A DNA stretch of 64,000 bases, taken from contig OX597841.1 in the NCBI GenBank assembly GCA_951406725.2, forward strand, positions 20,088,001 to 20,152,000, written 5' to 3'. The notes under the pieces are model-generated. The model was not told where the DNA came from, ran no database searches, and saw only the letters and a list, made by a program, of their open reading frames with translations. This stretch comes from Octopus vulgaris (taxonomy: Eukaryota). Position 1 is the stretch's first letter, and every line of letters starts with the position of its first letter. This document shows positions 1 to 12,022 of the stretch, in pieces. The position numbers and the translations under genes were made by a program.

Positions 1-330
1 TCTCTCTCTCACTCCTCCTCTCTCTCTCTCACAGCCGGCCAAATACTTCCTTTTGCATGCGGCCTTCTAATTGTAAATACACGGTACTCTTGCGCTCCTT
101 GAATCTCTCCTCCTCCAGGCAAAAAAGGTCCTCTTTGGTTGTTTTCTTGTGTGTTTTTATTTCTTGTATTGTATTTTTTCGTAATTGTATTTTTATTTTG
201 TATTTTATTTCGTATTTTATTTTGTAATTTTATTTGTATCGTTTTTACGTCCTGTTTGTGTCACATTTTGTTCTTTCCTTGTTTTTACCCCTCTGCGAAG
301 TAATTTCCTTTAATTTCTTCGCAGGAAGGG

Positions 331-405
331 CTAGTTCGACGAGTCGTGTTCTGTCCTCACCTTCGAAACACGCTGGAGTTGAACTAGGGACAGCTGATGA
401 AGGGG
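331..405 (+). ncRNA. Candidate pseudoknot-order hammerhead ribozyme, copy A
   Basis: CGTG-TT-CTGTCC (345-356) / CTTC-GAAA-CACG (361-372) / GGACAG-CTGATGA-A-GGGG (388-405). Confidence 0.6.
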
Positions 406-1296
406 ATTTTTCCTTGTGTAGTTTGTCTAGTACTCTGTTTTTTCTTTGTTAAAAAAAGGTTCGTTCCATGCTTGTTTTTACGTTTTCGTTCTTGTTGAGT
501 TCTACGTATATATATTTATATATGCATGTATATATACATGTAGATGTAGGTACGTACATATATGTATGTATGTATGCATATATTTTATTTATTACACTAT
601 TGTATGACTGAGCGCCTTCGCGTCGATTCGTTCTGTTTCTTCTTCTTCTCCCAGTACAGTTTTTATATATATATATATGTGTGCATATATATATTATTTA
701 TATTATTATTTGATTGAACGCCACACATCCATTTCCAAGTAAGTTTATCTTGACTTTTTGATGTGAATCTACCCTATACTGTTCTCTCGCCCTATCGTTT
801 TCTCTTTCATCCTTTCTCTAATTCCCTTCTTTCTCCCCTTCACCGTTTTCTATCTGTCTCTCTCTCTCCCCTCTTTCTCCTTTACTCTCTCACTGCTCAC
901 ACGTGACCATCATCCATTTTTCTTTTTCTCATGTGATCATCTTTCTTTTCTTTCAGGGCTGTTCTAAGGACTGGACATATCCTATCTCTCTCTTCATCCT
1001 TTCTCTTGTCAAAGAAAGTATTTCTCCAGCATTCGCTATTTTACCCTCTCCATGTTGGTTTTCCTTCGGTTTCCTTGTATGTCTCCACTGTCCTGTTTTT
1101 GTTCCCAACTTTGACCCTCCATAAATTTACATATGCAAATATGGGTACAGGACGTCACCAACAGTAAACAACATGAAATACGGAAGCAAATGAGTTGAAT
1201 AGATAAACAAGAGAAACAAATGGAAAACGGCAGGTAACATAAAGAATGACCCTTCATCAGTGTCCCAAATTTTATTTTGGCGCATTATGGGAGCAA

Positions 1297-1372
1297 CTGT
1301 CTTTGAAGACTCATATTGTTGGTCAATACTCGAAATGAGGAGTAGATAGACAGCCGACAACTGATGAAGGGT
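1297..1372 (+). ncRNA. Candidate pseudoknot-order hammerhead ribozyme, copy B (divergent subfamily)
   Basis: CTCA-TA-TTGTTGGT (1310-1323) / ACTC-GAAA-TGAG (1328-1339) / GCCGACAA-CTGATGA-A-GGGT (1353-1372). Confidence 0.6.
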
Positions 1373-1661
1373 CGTCCTTTATGTTACTTGTTCTGTTTTC
1401 CATTTGTTTCTCTCGTTGTTTGCATATTGGACTCATTTGTTTTCAGATTTCATGTTGTTTACTGTTGGTGACGTCCTGTACCCATATATGCATTATCTTT
1501 CTGTTGAAGAGCGTAGGCTCGAAACGTTAAAGACTTGTTTTATTTATATTTCCTGAGCGCCATACTAATACAATTGTTTGTTTGTATTCCACCTGCCTTC
1601 GTCTTTTGTTTATTTCCGTAAACCTGCCTTCGTCTTTTGTCTATTTTCATAAAGCTTCCCG

Positions 1662-1700
<39 letters not shown>

Positions 1701-1855
1701 GTTGGCGTTAGGAAGGGCATCCAGCTGTAGAAACACTGCCAGATCTGACTGGCCTGGTGCAGCCTTCGGGCTTCCCAGACCCCAGTTGAACCGTCCAACC
1801 CATGCTAGCATGGAAAGCGGACGTTAAACGATGATGATGATGATGATGATGATGA

Positions 1856-1892
<37 letters not shown>

Positions 1893-2153
1893 AATAATGA
1901 GGGAGATAAATTGAATATTAATTTAATTAATATCAATTTAAAACCAGTAGCCTAGCATACAAAAATCTGAAAAATCAGAGAAAATTCCAATATATGTGTA
2001 TATTTAGGGCTAAAAACCACTATGTGGACAGCCATATGCTAGAAGTAGATCACATACGATCAAACTACAAAGAAAGAATGTTCTCCAGAGAAGATTCAGC
2101 AGACACCAGAACATAGGCGGGCAAGACAGATGAAAATTAGATAAAAATCAAGA

Positions 2154-2227
2154 ATTGTATACCGGTTTCGTCTGTCACCGAATAAATCACTTAGGTAATC
2201 CTTCGTCCGTAGATTCATCAGTACGAT
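2154..2227 (-). ncRNA. Type I hammerhead ribozyme motif
   Basis: Minus strand: ATCGTA-CTGATGA-ATCT-(37 nt)-AGAC-GAAA-CCGG-TA-TACAAT. Confidence 0.7.
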
Positions 2228-2970
2228 CGTTCCAAAAGCAATATAATTTGTAAAACTAACCACCAGTTTTCTGTATAAAACCAGACACGTGCTTAGTTCC
2301 ACCAATTACATTGGGGTTAATTTCAAACCTCTGAGTTCTGGCGCACTAAATTCCGGAAACAACTTCTGCAGCAAATAATGTACTGCAGTTAATGCTGCCT
2401 ATGAGAGAACATAATTTTTTTAACATTTAAATAACGAGGGAGATAAATTGAATATTAATTTAATTAATATCAATTTAAAACCAGTATTTGATTTTTATCT
2501 AATTTTCATCTGTCTCACCCCCCCATTGTTCTGGTGTCTGCTGAATTTTCTCTGGAGAACATTCTTTCTTTGTAGTTTGATCGTATGTGATCTACTTCTA
2601 GTATATGGCTGTCCACATAGTGGCTTTTATGGGTACAGGACTTTATTTATTTAGCCCTCCTCCTCCTCTCTCTCCTCCTCCTCTCTCTCATCGCTGACCA
2701 GAGGGCTACTAACTTTCTTTCTGCCCACTGCTTTCAACAAGTCAACATCAGCTTTTTTCTGTCTTCCGCAGCCGATCTTCAGAATGCGTTCTAACGAATT
2801 TTTCCACCGTCCAGGCTTAAAAAAAAGCCCTTAAAAAAAGCCCTTATTGTTGGTTTCCTTGTCCTGTCTTTTACTGTTTTTATCTTCATTTGTATTGCTT
2901 TTACGTCGTTTTTGTCACTTTTTTTACCCCTCCGCAAAAAAATTTTATTCAATTCATTTTGCAGGAAGGA

Positions 2971-3047
2971 CTGCTTCGGCGTGGTCGTGTTCTGCCCTTA
3001 CCTTCGAAACACGCATTGAGTAGAAACAGGGGCAGCTGAAGAAGGAG
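2971..3047 (+). ncRNA. Candidate pseudoknot-order hammerhead ribozyme, copy C
   Basis: CGTG-TT-CTGCCC (2986-2997) / CTTC-GAAA-CACG (3002-3013) / GGGCAG-CTGAAGA-A-GGAG (3030-3047). Confidence 0.6.
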
Positions 3048-3350
3048 AATTTTCCTTGTATTGTTTGTCTTGTACTCGGTTTCTTCGTTGTTAACAAAAA
3101 GTCCGTTTCCTTGTTTGTTTTTATGTTTTCGTGTTTCTCGTTGTGTTCTACGTTTATTTGTGGTGTCCTGTACTCATATATGCATGTATATATACATATA
3201 GATGTAGGTATGTACATATACGTATGTATGTATGCATATATTTTATTTATTAAATTGTTATTATATATATATATATATATTCATTTTTTTCTTTGTTTCA
3301 GCTCAGAGCTGCGGCCATGCTGATGCACCGCCGTTTATATATATATATAT

Positions 3351-3396
<46 letters not shown>

Positions 3397-3549
3397 GAGT
3401 AAGCACATGAAGGTGGAAAAAAGAGTACTCAAATACCAGGGGTAGAGTAATATGCTTTATTTAAAAGCAGCAGAAATATAACAAAAGCTGTTACTCAGAG
3501 TTTCACGTTCCCATTCATCGGACAGTTTTAAATAAAGTGTATATATATG

Positions 3550-3855
3550 TGGAGGTGCAATGGCCCGGTGGTTAGGGCAGTGGACTCGCGGTCGTAGGAT
3601 CGCAGTTTCGATTCCGAGACCGGGTGTTGTGAGTGTTTATTGAGCGAAAACAGCTAAAAAGCACCACGATGCTCCGGCAGGGGGTGGTGGCGATCCCTGC
3701 TGTACTCTTTCGCCACAACTTTCTCTCACTCTTTCTTCTGTTGGCCTGCTCGTTTAGCCAGCGAGGTGGCGTCATTTGAAGGCTAAAAGAGTGTGAAGCG
3801 CATTGTGACCAGCGATGTGTAGCAACATCTGATAGCCTGGTCGGTCACGGTGATA
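3550..3855 (+). mobile_element. Second tRNA-derived SINE family
   Basis: GGAGGTGCAATGGCCCGGTGGTTAGGGCAG...GTTTCGATTCC tRNA-like head. Second copy at 54024-54330. Confidence 0.8.
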
Positions 3856-3949
3856 TATATATATATATATAAGGAAAAATGGGATTAAAAAGTTCTGGCA
3901 GATATTCAAGTAAGCACTCAATATAAAGGAATAATGTTAAATTTCCAAC

Positions 3950-4037
<88 letters not shown>

Positions 4038-6234
4038 GTATGTATGCACACATGTGTGTGTATAGGAAGTACACAGACAATTACATGAATATACATAAAA
4101 TAAACACAAAGGAGCTTGAAGGAAATATCTGAAAGGGGCCAATGACATGAATACAAATCGAACAAGAGACGAAGGAGGAAATTCTTCCCCAGTTTCCTTT
4201 GTCGTTAGGAATTCTGAATGAGAAGGGGAGGTAATTTCAAGGCATTAAGAAAAGTTTGTGGTTGAATTAAACTCTTTAGCATTTAAGCTGGCCTTATCCA
4301 GCCTGAATATTCTGTTTTATGTTGAAACTGACTTGATCTGACCTCTCACACTTACCTTACAATGTCTTTGTGAAAAAAAAAACAACCACATCATTTGAAA
4401 TCTAGAAGCTACAAGATAATCCCATAATTAATTCAAAATAATGTGAATAAATAAGCATTACATTTGATAGAAAAGTGTGAATGCTAAAAGGGTGAAGAAA
4501 AGAACATCCTCATCCACTTTTCCATGCTTGTATGGGTTGGACAGAATGTCATCAATCCTCACCTGTTTCCCATGGCCAGACAAGTTCTTCACAGATGACT
4601 GGAAATGAACATCACTTGTATAACAAGGATGCTTGTTTAACACCATCCTATGACATCAAGACAAAAGTATACAAATGAACCTCAAGGGTATGCCCTGGCA
4701 ATCCCCATTCCTGGTGAGTATGCCCGGCATTTTGCCACCATATCCATCCAGCGATCTCCCACACTCTCTCTCTCTCTCCTTCTCCTGCACTTCCCTCAGG
4801 TTGAGCAACTGTGTATTTTCTTTGTGGTAGCACACCTGTTTCTGTCTTCATACCTGATCTTTACCTCTCTCTGGCCAGGTTGCCTTGTACTTCCTCTACA
4901 GCAAGACACCTGCATCTGTCTCACTATAACCTTTTCGTCATCACCTCCTCCAATGCCTCTTCCCCTCTTAAAAGTTTTTGTCTTGCAAGTACTTGGTGAC
5001 CCTGTCAGTGCAGGGGCCACTTAAAAGCACCCAGCCCACATTGTAAAGTGGTTGGTGTTCAGAAGAGCATCCAGCTGTAAAAACCTTGCCAAAACTAACC
5101 TCGCCTATGTTTGTGCCATGTAAAAAGCACTAAGTCCACTCTGCTGAGTTGCTGGTGTTAGGAAGGGCATCCAGAATTAAAAATCCTGTCAAAACAGTCA
5201 CAGAAGTGTGGTGCAGGCTCCAGCCTGGCCGGCTCTTGTGAAACCATCCCACCCATGCCAGCATGGAAGATGGATGTTAAACGATGATGATGATAACACA
5301 TATATACTTATTCAGTATAATTTGGCTGAAAACCTCATAATGTGCTTTTAAGAGCTCTTACGTTGTTATGTGGTTACCACATGTTATCTGACAGTAGGAC
5401 ATATTCAAGGACTTGATACACATGTGGAAGTCCTCTTTGCATAAGATTAATACAATAAGAATCCAACAGGAATTAGCAGTATTACACCCTGATGAAGCAC
5501 TTACACATGATTGTTGTTGAGCAGCATTCAAATGTATAATAATGATAAAGACTGTTCTTCTAAAGAGGTCTTTGAATATAAACTCAGCAAATTAAAGCAG
5601 CTGGTGTCCAGACACAAATGTTGTGATCCACTTATTAAAGCCTGATATAATCCATCCTCATTTTATATTAACCTTATATATATATGAAGAAGGTTATGTT
5701 TAAAATTAAAGGAGACTTTAAAATGTAGTATCCAAACCTTGTTTTGGATATGTCCCTAGTAGTGTGCCTTGAGAGACCATTTTCCACATATGGCCACCAG
5801 GTGTCATCCACGGTACTGTACTTGTGTCACAGGATCTACATAAGGAATTCCTCAGTGCACGTTTAATATATGTTTGATAGGGAAGACAGAGTGTTCTGTA
5901 AGCTTTATTTAGCACAACGATTGTTTCGGCCTACATCTGCACTGCTCCCTTGTGGGTGATGAACAATATAATGGGAGCTTCATCAGGTTACATTATATGT
6001 ACATTCCAGTACTGTGTGTAGCAGGACGGTGTTCGTATGATGCATGCATTTACAGTAGTTCACAAACCCGTGTATGGGTTTCTTCTGCACAGTGGAGTGC
6101 CTGTGATTCCACTATATTGTTCCCCACTAACCAGGGAACAGTGCAGATGTAAGCTGAAATGATCATCATGCTTAATAAAGCTTACAATACAGTCAGTCTT
6201 CCCAATCAATTATAAAAAAAATATATATATATAG

Positions 6235-6628
6235 GCATAAGAGTGGCTGTGTGGGAAGTAGCTTGCTTACCAACCATATGGTTCCGGGTTCAGGCGCACT
6301 GCGTGGCACCTTGGGCAAGTGTCTTCTACTATAGCCTTGGGCCGACCAAAGCCTTGAAAGTGGATTTGGCAGACAGAAAACTGAAAGAAGCCCATTATAT
6401 ACATATATGTATGTATGTATTTGTGTGTCTGGGTTTGTCCCCCCACTATCGCTTGGCAACTAATGCTGATGTGTTTACATTGCTGTAACTTAGCAGTCCA
6501 GCAAAAGAAACTGATAGGATAAGTACTAGGTTTACAAAGAATAAGTCCTGGGGTTGATTTGTTTGACTAAAGTCGGTGCTCCAGCATGGCTGCAGTGAAA
6601 TGACTGAAACAAGTAACAGAATAAAAGA

Positions 6629-6630
<2 letters not shown>
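6235..6630 (+). mobile_element. tRNA-derived SINE, representative of the most abundant family (many copies on both strands)
   Basis: A-box TGGCTGTGTGG, B-box GGTTCAG.., CORE-like ccttgggcaagt, tail cagcatggccgcagtcaaatgactgaaacaagtaaaaga. Other copies at e.g. 8687-9020, 20545-20957(-), 30995-31365(-), 33387-33762, 61490-61820(-), 63283-63650(-). Confidence 0.85.
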
Positions 6631-6676
<46 letters not shown>

Positions 6677-7285
6677 CCTCATCATTTAACATCCATCTTG
6701 CATGCATGCATGGGTAAGATGGTTGAGAGGAGACGACTAGGTAGAAGACCACCCAATGGCTACTACGTCTGTTTTACATTGGACCAAAACAGTCCTTCGA
6801 ATTTCTTTTGCTATTTGAGAAACTTTAGTCTTTCTAGCAAGAACAGCATATTGTTAACTTCATAAGAATTTATAAACTTTGCAAAAATGTGAAATAATTC
6901 TTTATTTTTTTGAAACAGTGGATCTCAAAGAAGAATGCCTGTGATGTATGCAGGAGATGTAGGTTCAAATCCCACAGGTAGCCTCTGATGTGGGGTTGTG
7001 GGAGTGGAGTCCTTAGATACCTTCTCTGTAGGGTCCAATCAGAAGCAACTGTCATTGGATTTTCCAGATGGAAGGGCATCCAGCCGTAATTGGAAACTGT
7101 TTTGTTTGAGGAGTATGATGGGAGGAGGAGGAGGAGGGAGAGAGAGAGAGAGAGAGATAGCAGAATGATGGCAAGAGTGAGTAAATGACGAATAGCAAAA
7201 GACTATTACAACACACACACACACACACACACACAGTGTTGAAGGCTGAGCCCAAGCAAAGTGACAAGACTGAAAAAATACTTAC

Positions 7286-7398
7286 CAGGTCCAACACCTA
7301 ACACAGTTTTGGATCCAGGAGCGATTTGTGTGTGGCCAGCATCAGATATCAAACTGGCATTTAAACCTGCATCGATCGCTTTACGAGTGAGATCCAGT
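7286..7398 (-). CDS. PTRH2: PTRH2 coding exon 4
   Basis: (L)[37 protein letters not shown](G) contains the catalytic DAGxTQIAPGSxTVLGxGP motif. tgcag acceptor, GTAAG donor, phase 2/1. The final short exon (~GPxxxIDxVTGxLKLx) was not found in 1-7285 and may lie left of the window. Confidence 0.95.
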
Positions 7399-7630
7399 CT
7401 GCAAAACAAACAGATGAACACAGACATTATGTGTGTGTGGTTGAGTATACCTATACATACATCATCATTAAATGCCCGGGCTGGTAAGGCCAGGGGTCAC
7501 ACCATGGTCCATTGTCTGTTCTGGTATAGTTTCTAATGGCTGGATGCCCTTCAACCACTCCACAGAGTGTACTGGGGACTTTTTTATGTTGCACCAGCAC
7601 CAGTGCTTTTAACTTGGCAACAGCACATAC

Positions 7631-7679
<49 letters not shown>

Positions 7680-7680
7680 C

Positions 7681-7715
<35 letters not shown>

Positions 7716-9056
7716 TCAGCAATAGAGGCACTAAAAGCCAAAATGAGTTTTTCATGGTAACTACTGCAGTATAGCTTGTTCTAACAAAATGTTGATGTTT
7801 AAGTGGAGATAAATACGTGTATGTGTGCGTGTGTATGTATGTATATGTGTGTGTACACAATGATATATATAATATATATATATATATATACATACATACA
7901 CAAACACACACATACAAGGTACATTCCAGAAGTTTTGAAGCCTTTTTAGGAATGGCAGTTATAAGTATCCTAGATTATTGTAATTCTAGTCTATCGTTAC
8001 TACATATCCAATAAGCTGACCTGCCAACTTTTCTCATTCCAGACTGAAGGAGGAGATGCTGCTTGTCACAGCGCTTTCAACACAGCCTACTAAATATGAG
8101 CAAAATTCTTATCTGGTAAAATCTAAAACCTAAAATCTCCCAACCAGGTGACCCCTAACTGTAATTAATTATAATCAGATAGGATCTACTTTTCCCTTAA
8201 TTGACATAATTGTAAGGTTAAAAAATGAATTTATTGCTCCATGGTGAAGTCGACCTCTAATTTATAACAATTATTTTTTAGCATTGAAACCAGCCGTAAC
8301 AGGTTTCAGGTTCAAACTGGCCAGATCCAGGCTCTTACACTTACCCTACAATGTCATTCTAAGAATAAACAAAGCACATCACTGAAACTTCAAAGCTTTG
8401 GGATAAAGCAGGATTAATTGAAAACAATGTGAATAAATAATCTGAATGCTAAAGGGTTAAACAGGCCATCTCCAGCTCAAATGTTCTACTTGCTTAATAT
8501 TCAAACCAGCCAGATCTGGCCTTTTACACCTTCTCCACAATGTCATTCTAAAAATTAACAATCACATTGTTGAGATCAGCTGTGAGATATTGCCTGATTA
8601 ATTAAAAAACAATGTGAATAAAAAAGCAGAACATCTGACAGAGTAATCTGAATACCAAAGGAATAAAAGAGATTTTGTCAACATACAGGTGGTGTGGCTG
8701 TGTGATAAGCTTGCTTTCCCAACCACATGGTTCCAGGTTCAGTCCCACTGTGTGACACCTTGGACAAGCATGTGTGTGTGTGTGCATTCATGCGCACCTG
8801 TGTTTGTGCTTGTGTCTGTCTCCCACCACTACGACAACCCGTGTTGGTTTGTTTATGTCCCCATAATGTATAGGTTCAGCAAAAAGAGATCGATAGAATA
8901 AGTACCATGTTTAATAAAAGATAAATACTGAAGTTGATTTGTTCAACAAAACCTTCCAAGGCAGTGCTCCAGCATGGCCGCAGTCTAATGACTGAAACAA
9001 GTAAAAGACAGAAGATAAAAACAGGAAGCAATTCCAGCGAATTTTCAGAGAACCTC

Positions 9057-9124
<68 letters not shown>

Positions 9125-11064
9125 CCCTTTTGTGCTCCTAATTATTTCTCTCTTTGGAACCTCATCCTTTTCATATCCACACCTCATTTTCAATATCATC
9201 CTTTCTTACATTATTTTCCACTGATCACCCTTTCTCTGCCCCCAGTTATATTTCTCCCTTTCCCCTGAGCTACATCACATGACTGTCATATCCCATTCTC
9301 AACCCCTTCTCATATCTGCCCTTTGCCCTTTGCCCCTCACTGTATCCATCCCCACATATCTCTGACCTGCATCCTCATCACTCTACATCTCTCTCTTGAT
9401 GTTAGCAAATGATAACAAAAACAACTGAAAATAAAACCAAAGCTGTTTTAAAAAAAAACAACAATCAACTCACGTCCCCTAATAAATCAAGAAACAACAA
9501 AACCATTACCAGGTAAGGGCCAGGTAAGGGCCAGGCCAGGCTAGGATAGGATATAACAGGATTTTGATGAATTTCAGTATGAATTTAATACAAGCAGAAT
9601 TGTTAAGACTAATAAAGAATGCATTAAAGTTTTCTACTTAAAAATCAATTTTAGATCCAAAACACAAATCTTAATAAAAAAGAAAAAATTCAAGTTGTGA
9701 AGGTAAAAAAAAAAAACAAAGTAAGAAAAACTCTAAACCCAAACACAAAAAACAAATGTACAAAGATTCACAATAAACAATAAAAAGATATCAGAAATAA
9801 AAATAGTACAACTTATAGAAATACTAAAAATAAAAGAAAATTAATTAGGTTTCCATGGAAACTTTGAACCAAATAAACCACAAAAACAAACATAGCCATA
9901 ATCCCCCCCCCCCCTGAAGAACAAAACAGATGAGCCAGGGTTAACATTACGCAGAACAGTGGTTCTCAACCTGGGTCCATACAATTCCTGGGAGTCCATA
10001 TAAGATTGGGGGGGGGGGAGGGTCCATGCACGCAAAATACCAAATTGGGGGCTCACTGTAGTATATTAAAGGCCCTTGAAAAAGTTTTGTTTCAGGTGTA
10101 TTTATTACAGGACACAAGTGGGTCTTACAGAGTTCAAAAGCAAAACAGGAATTTCAAAAGGGGTCTCTATAGACTTGCTTGTTTGCTTCATGCTCTTACT
10201 TGATGAGGATGGGGTCGTCCCAGGTTAGAGGTCCCAGAGATGTCATCACGTGTAGAGCTGACCAGGTCCACCATTGCTCTCCACTGCTGGCAGTCCCTTG
10301 CCAGCCCCTCTGCATCCTCTAAGGTGACATCAAATCCTCTTTAATCATGCCCAGCCATCTGATGCGATGCCTATCACAAGGCTCCTTCCAGCTTCCAATC
10401 AGAAGTCTCTGTAAAACTAGTTTTTAAAACATGAAATGGCTGCAGGGGTTCACTAGAACAGAAAAGTAATCAAAGGAGTCCAGAGATAAAAAAAAGAATG
10501 GTTGAGAACCCCTGATGTGGAAGGTGAGGAAAAAAAGGAAAGAAAACAAAAGTAGAAGAGAAGGTAAGAAAATCATTGAACATTGAACAATTAGAAACCA
10601 AAGGAAATTCAGACGAAAGCTAGAGATGAAAAGAGCCATGCAAGAGAAATACTATCCAGAGAAACAAACTACCCGAATATCAACAGACTGAATAACTAAT
10701 GTAGTCAGTGGTGGAAAGGAGGGGAGTCAGACCATCCTCAGCCAAACCTAACAAAATAAAAGAAAACGTATTACACGAAAATGAGACATAAAACAAAAAC
10801 ACAAAACAAAATTTTTTAAAAAAAAACTGGAAAGAGCAATCCCTAGGGTAATGGAAAAGGAGGGATCTGAGATGGGAGGGAGAAAAATTAACAAAGGCAG
10901 GGGCTATGAGGTTAGGAAGCTTGCTTTGCTATTACATGGTTTCAGGTTCAGTTCCACTGTGTGGTACCTTTGCAGATGTCTTCTATTAGGGTCCCAGGTG
11001 GACCGAAGCCTCATGAGTGAAGAATTTCGTAGATGGAAACTGTGAGGAAGCCTAGTGTGTAAAC

Positions 11065-11108
<44 letters not shown>

Positions 11109-11974
11109 TAAATGATGATGATGATATCATCATCTCATTCTAAATTAAAACTTTACAAGATTTCACATAGGCACAGGTGTGGCTGTGTGGTAAGAAGCTT
11201 GCTTCCCAACCTCACGGTTCCAGGTTCAGTCCTACTGCGTGGCACCTTGGACAAGTGTCTTCTACTATAGCCCCAGACCAACCAAAGCCTTGTGTGTGTG
11301 TGTGCACTGTGTCTTTGTTACATCCCCCATAACTTAGTGGTTTGGCAAAAGAGACTGATAGAATAAGTACAAGGCTTAAAAAAAAAAAATTTGATTTGTT
11401 CAACTAAATGTTCTTCATGGTGGTGCCCCAGCATGGCTGCATATATATATATATATATACATATATATCATCATCATCATCATCATCATCATTTAGCGTC
11501 CGTTCTCCATGCTAGCATGGGTTGGACGGTTCAACTGGGATCTGTGAAGCTGGAAGGCTTCATCAGGCCCAGTCAGATCTGGCAGTGTTTCTACGGCTGG
11601 ATGCCCTTCCTAACGCCAACCACATATATGTATATATATGTATATATGTGTATGTGTACATATAGATATATAGATATATGTATATATGTATATATATGTG
11701 TGTGTGTATGCATATATATATATATATATATGCAGCCATATATATACATACACACATATATACATATATATATATATATACATACATATATATATAAATA
11801 TATGTGTGTGTGTATATATGGACAGACTATAGTTAAGCTCCAGGTTCGGTGATTATGCAAATAAGGAGTCCAACGTAGGTCATATATCAGCATGTGTATA
11901 TAGAAAAAATATTTTTTCCGATTGAGATAAAAAAACCAAGGCTGCGAAGATTTTAGAACATTTATAAATAGAAG

Positions 11975-12022
11975 GTCTTACAGCTGTTTCCAGGATATTT
12001 ATTATATCCCTTCATCTGAGAC
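11975..12022 (-). ncRNA. Type I hammerhead motif (CAGATGA core)
   Basis: Minus strand: GTCT-CAGATGA-AGGGATAT-AATAA-ATATCCTG-GAAA-CAGCTG-TA-AGAC. Confidence 0.65.

Noticed and set aside
3550-3620. tRNA gene
   Set aside because: The tRNA-like head continues into a SINE body and recurs at 54024; no complete cloverleaf.
5489-5520. CTGATGA at 5489 and at 13469
   Set aside because: No matching stem II-GAAA-stem III-UH arrangement found; probably chance or too decayed.
1-7285. Terminal PTRH2 exon
   Set aside because: No phase-1 exon encoding the expected GPxxxIDxVTGxLKL end could be found by eye.
9510-9550. ccaggtaagggccaggtaagggccaggccaggctagg G-rich tandem
   Set aside because: Short local duplication with no further support for function.
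11391-11893. [12 protein letters not shown]/poly-H/poly-N/poly-M ORFs throughout the ORF track (e.g. 11391, 14325, 18146, 23018, 28258)
   Set aside because: Translations of microsatellites and SINEs; no protein signal.
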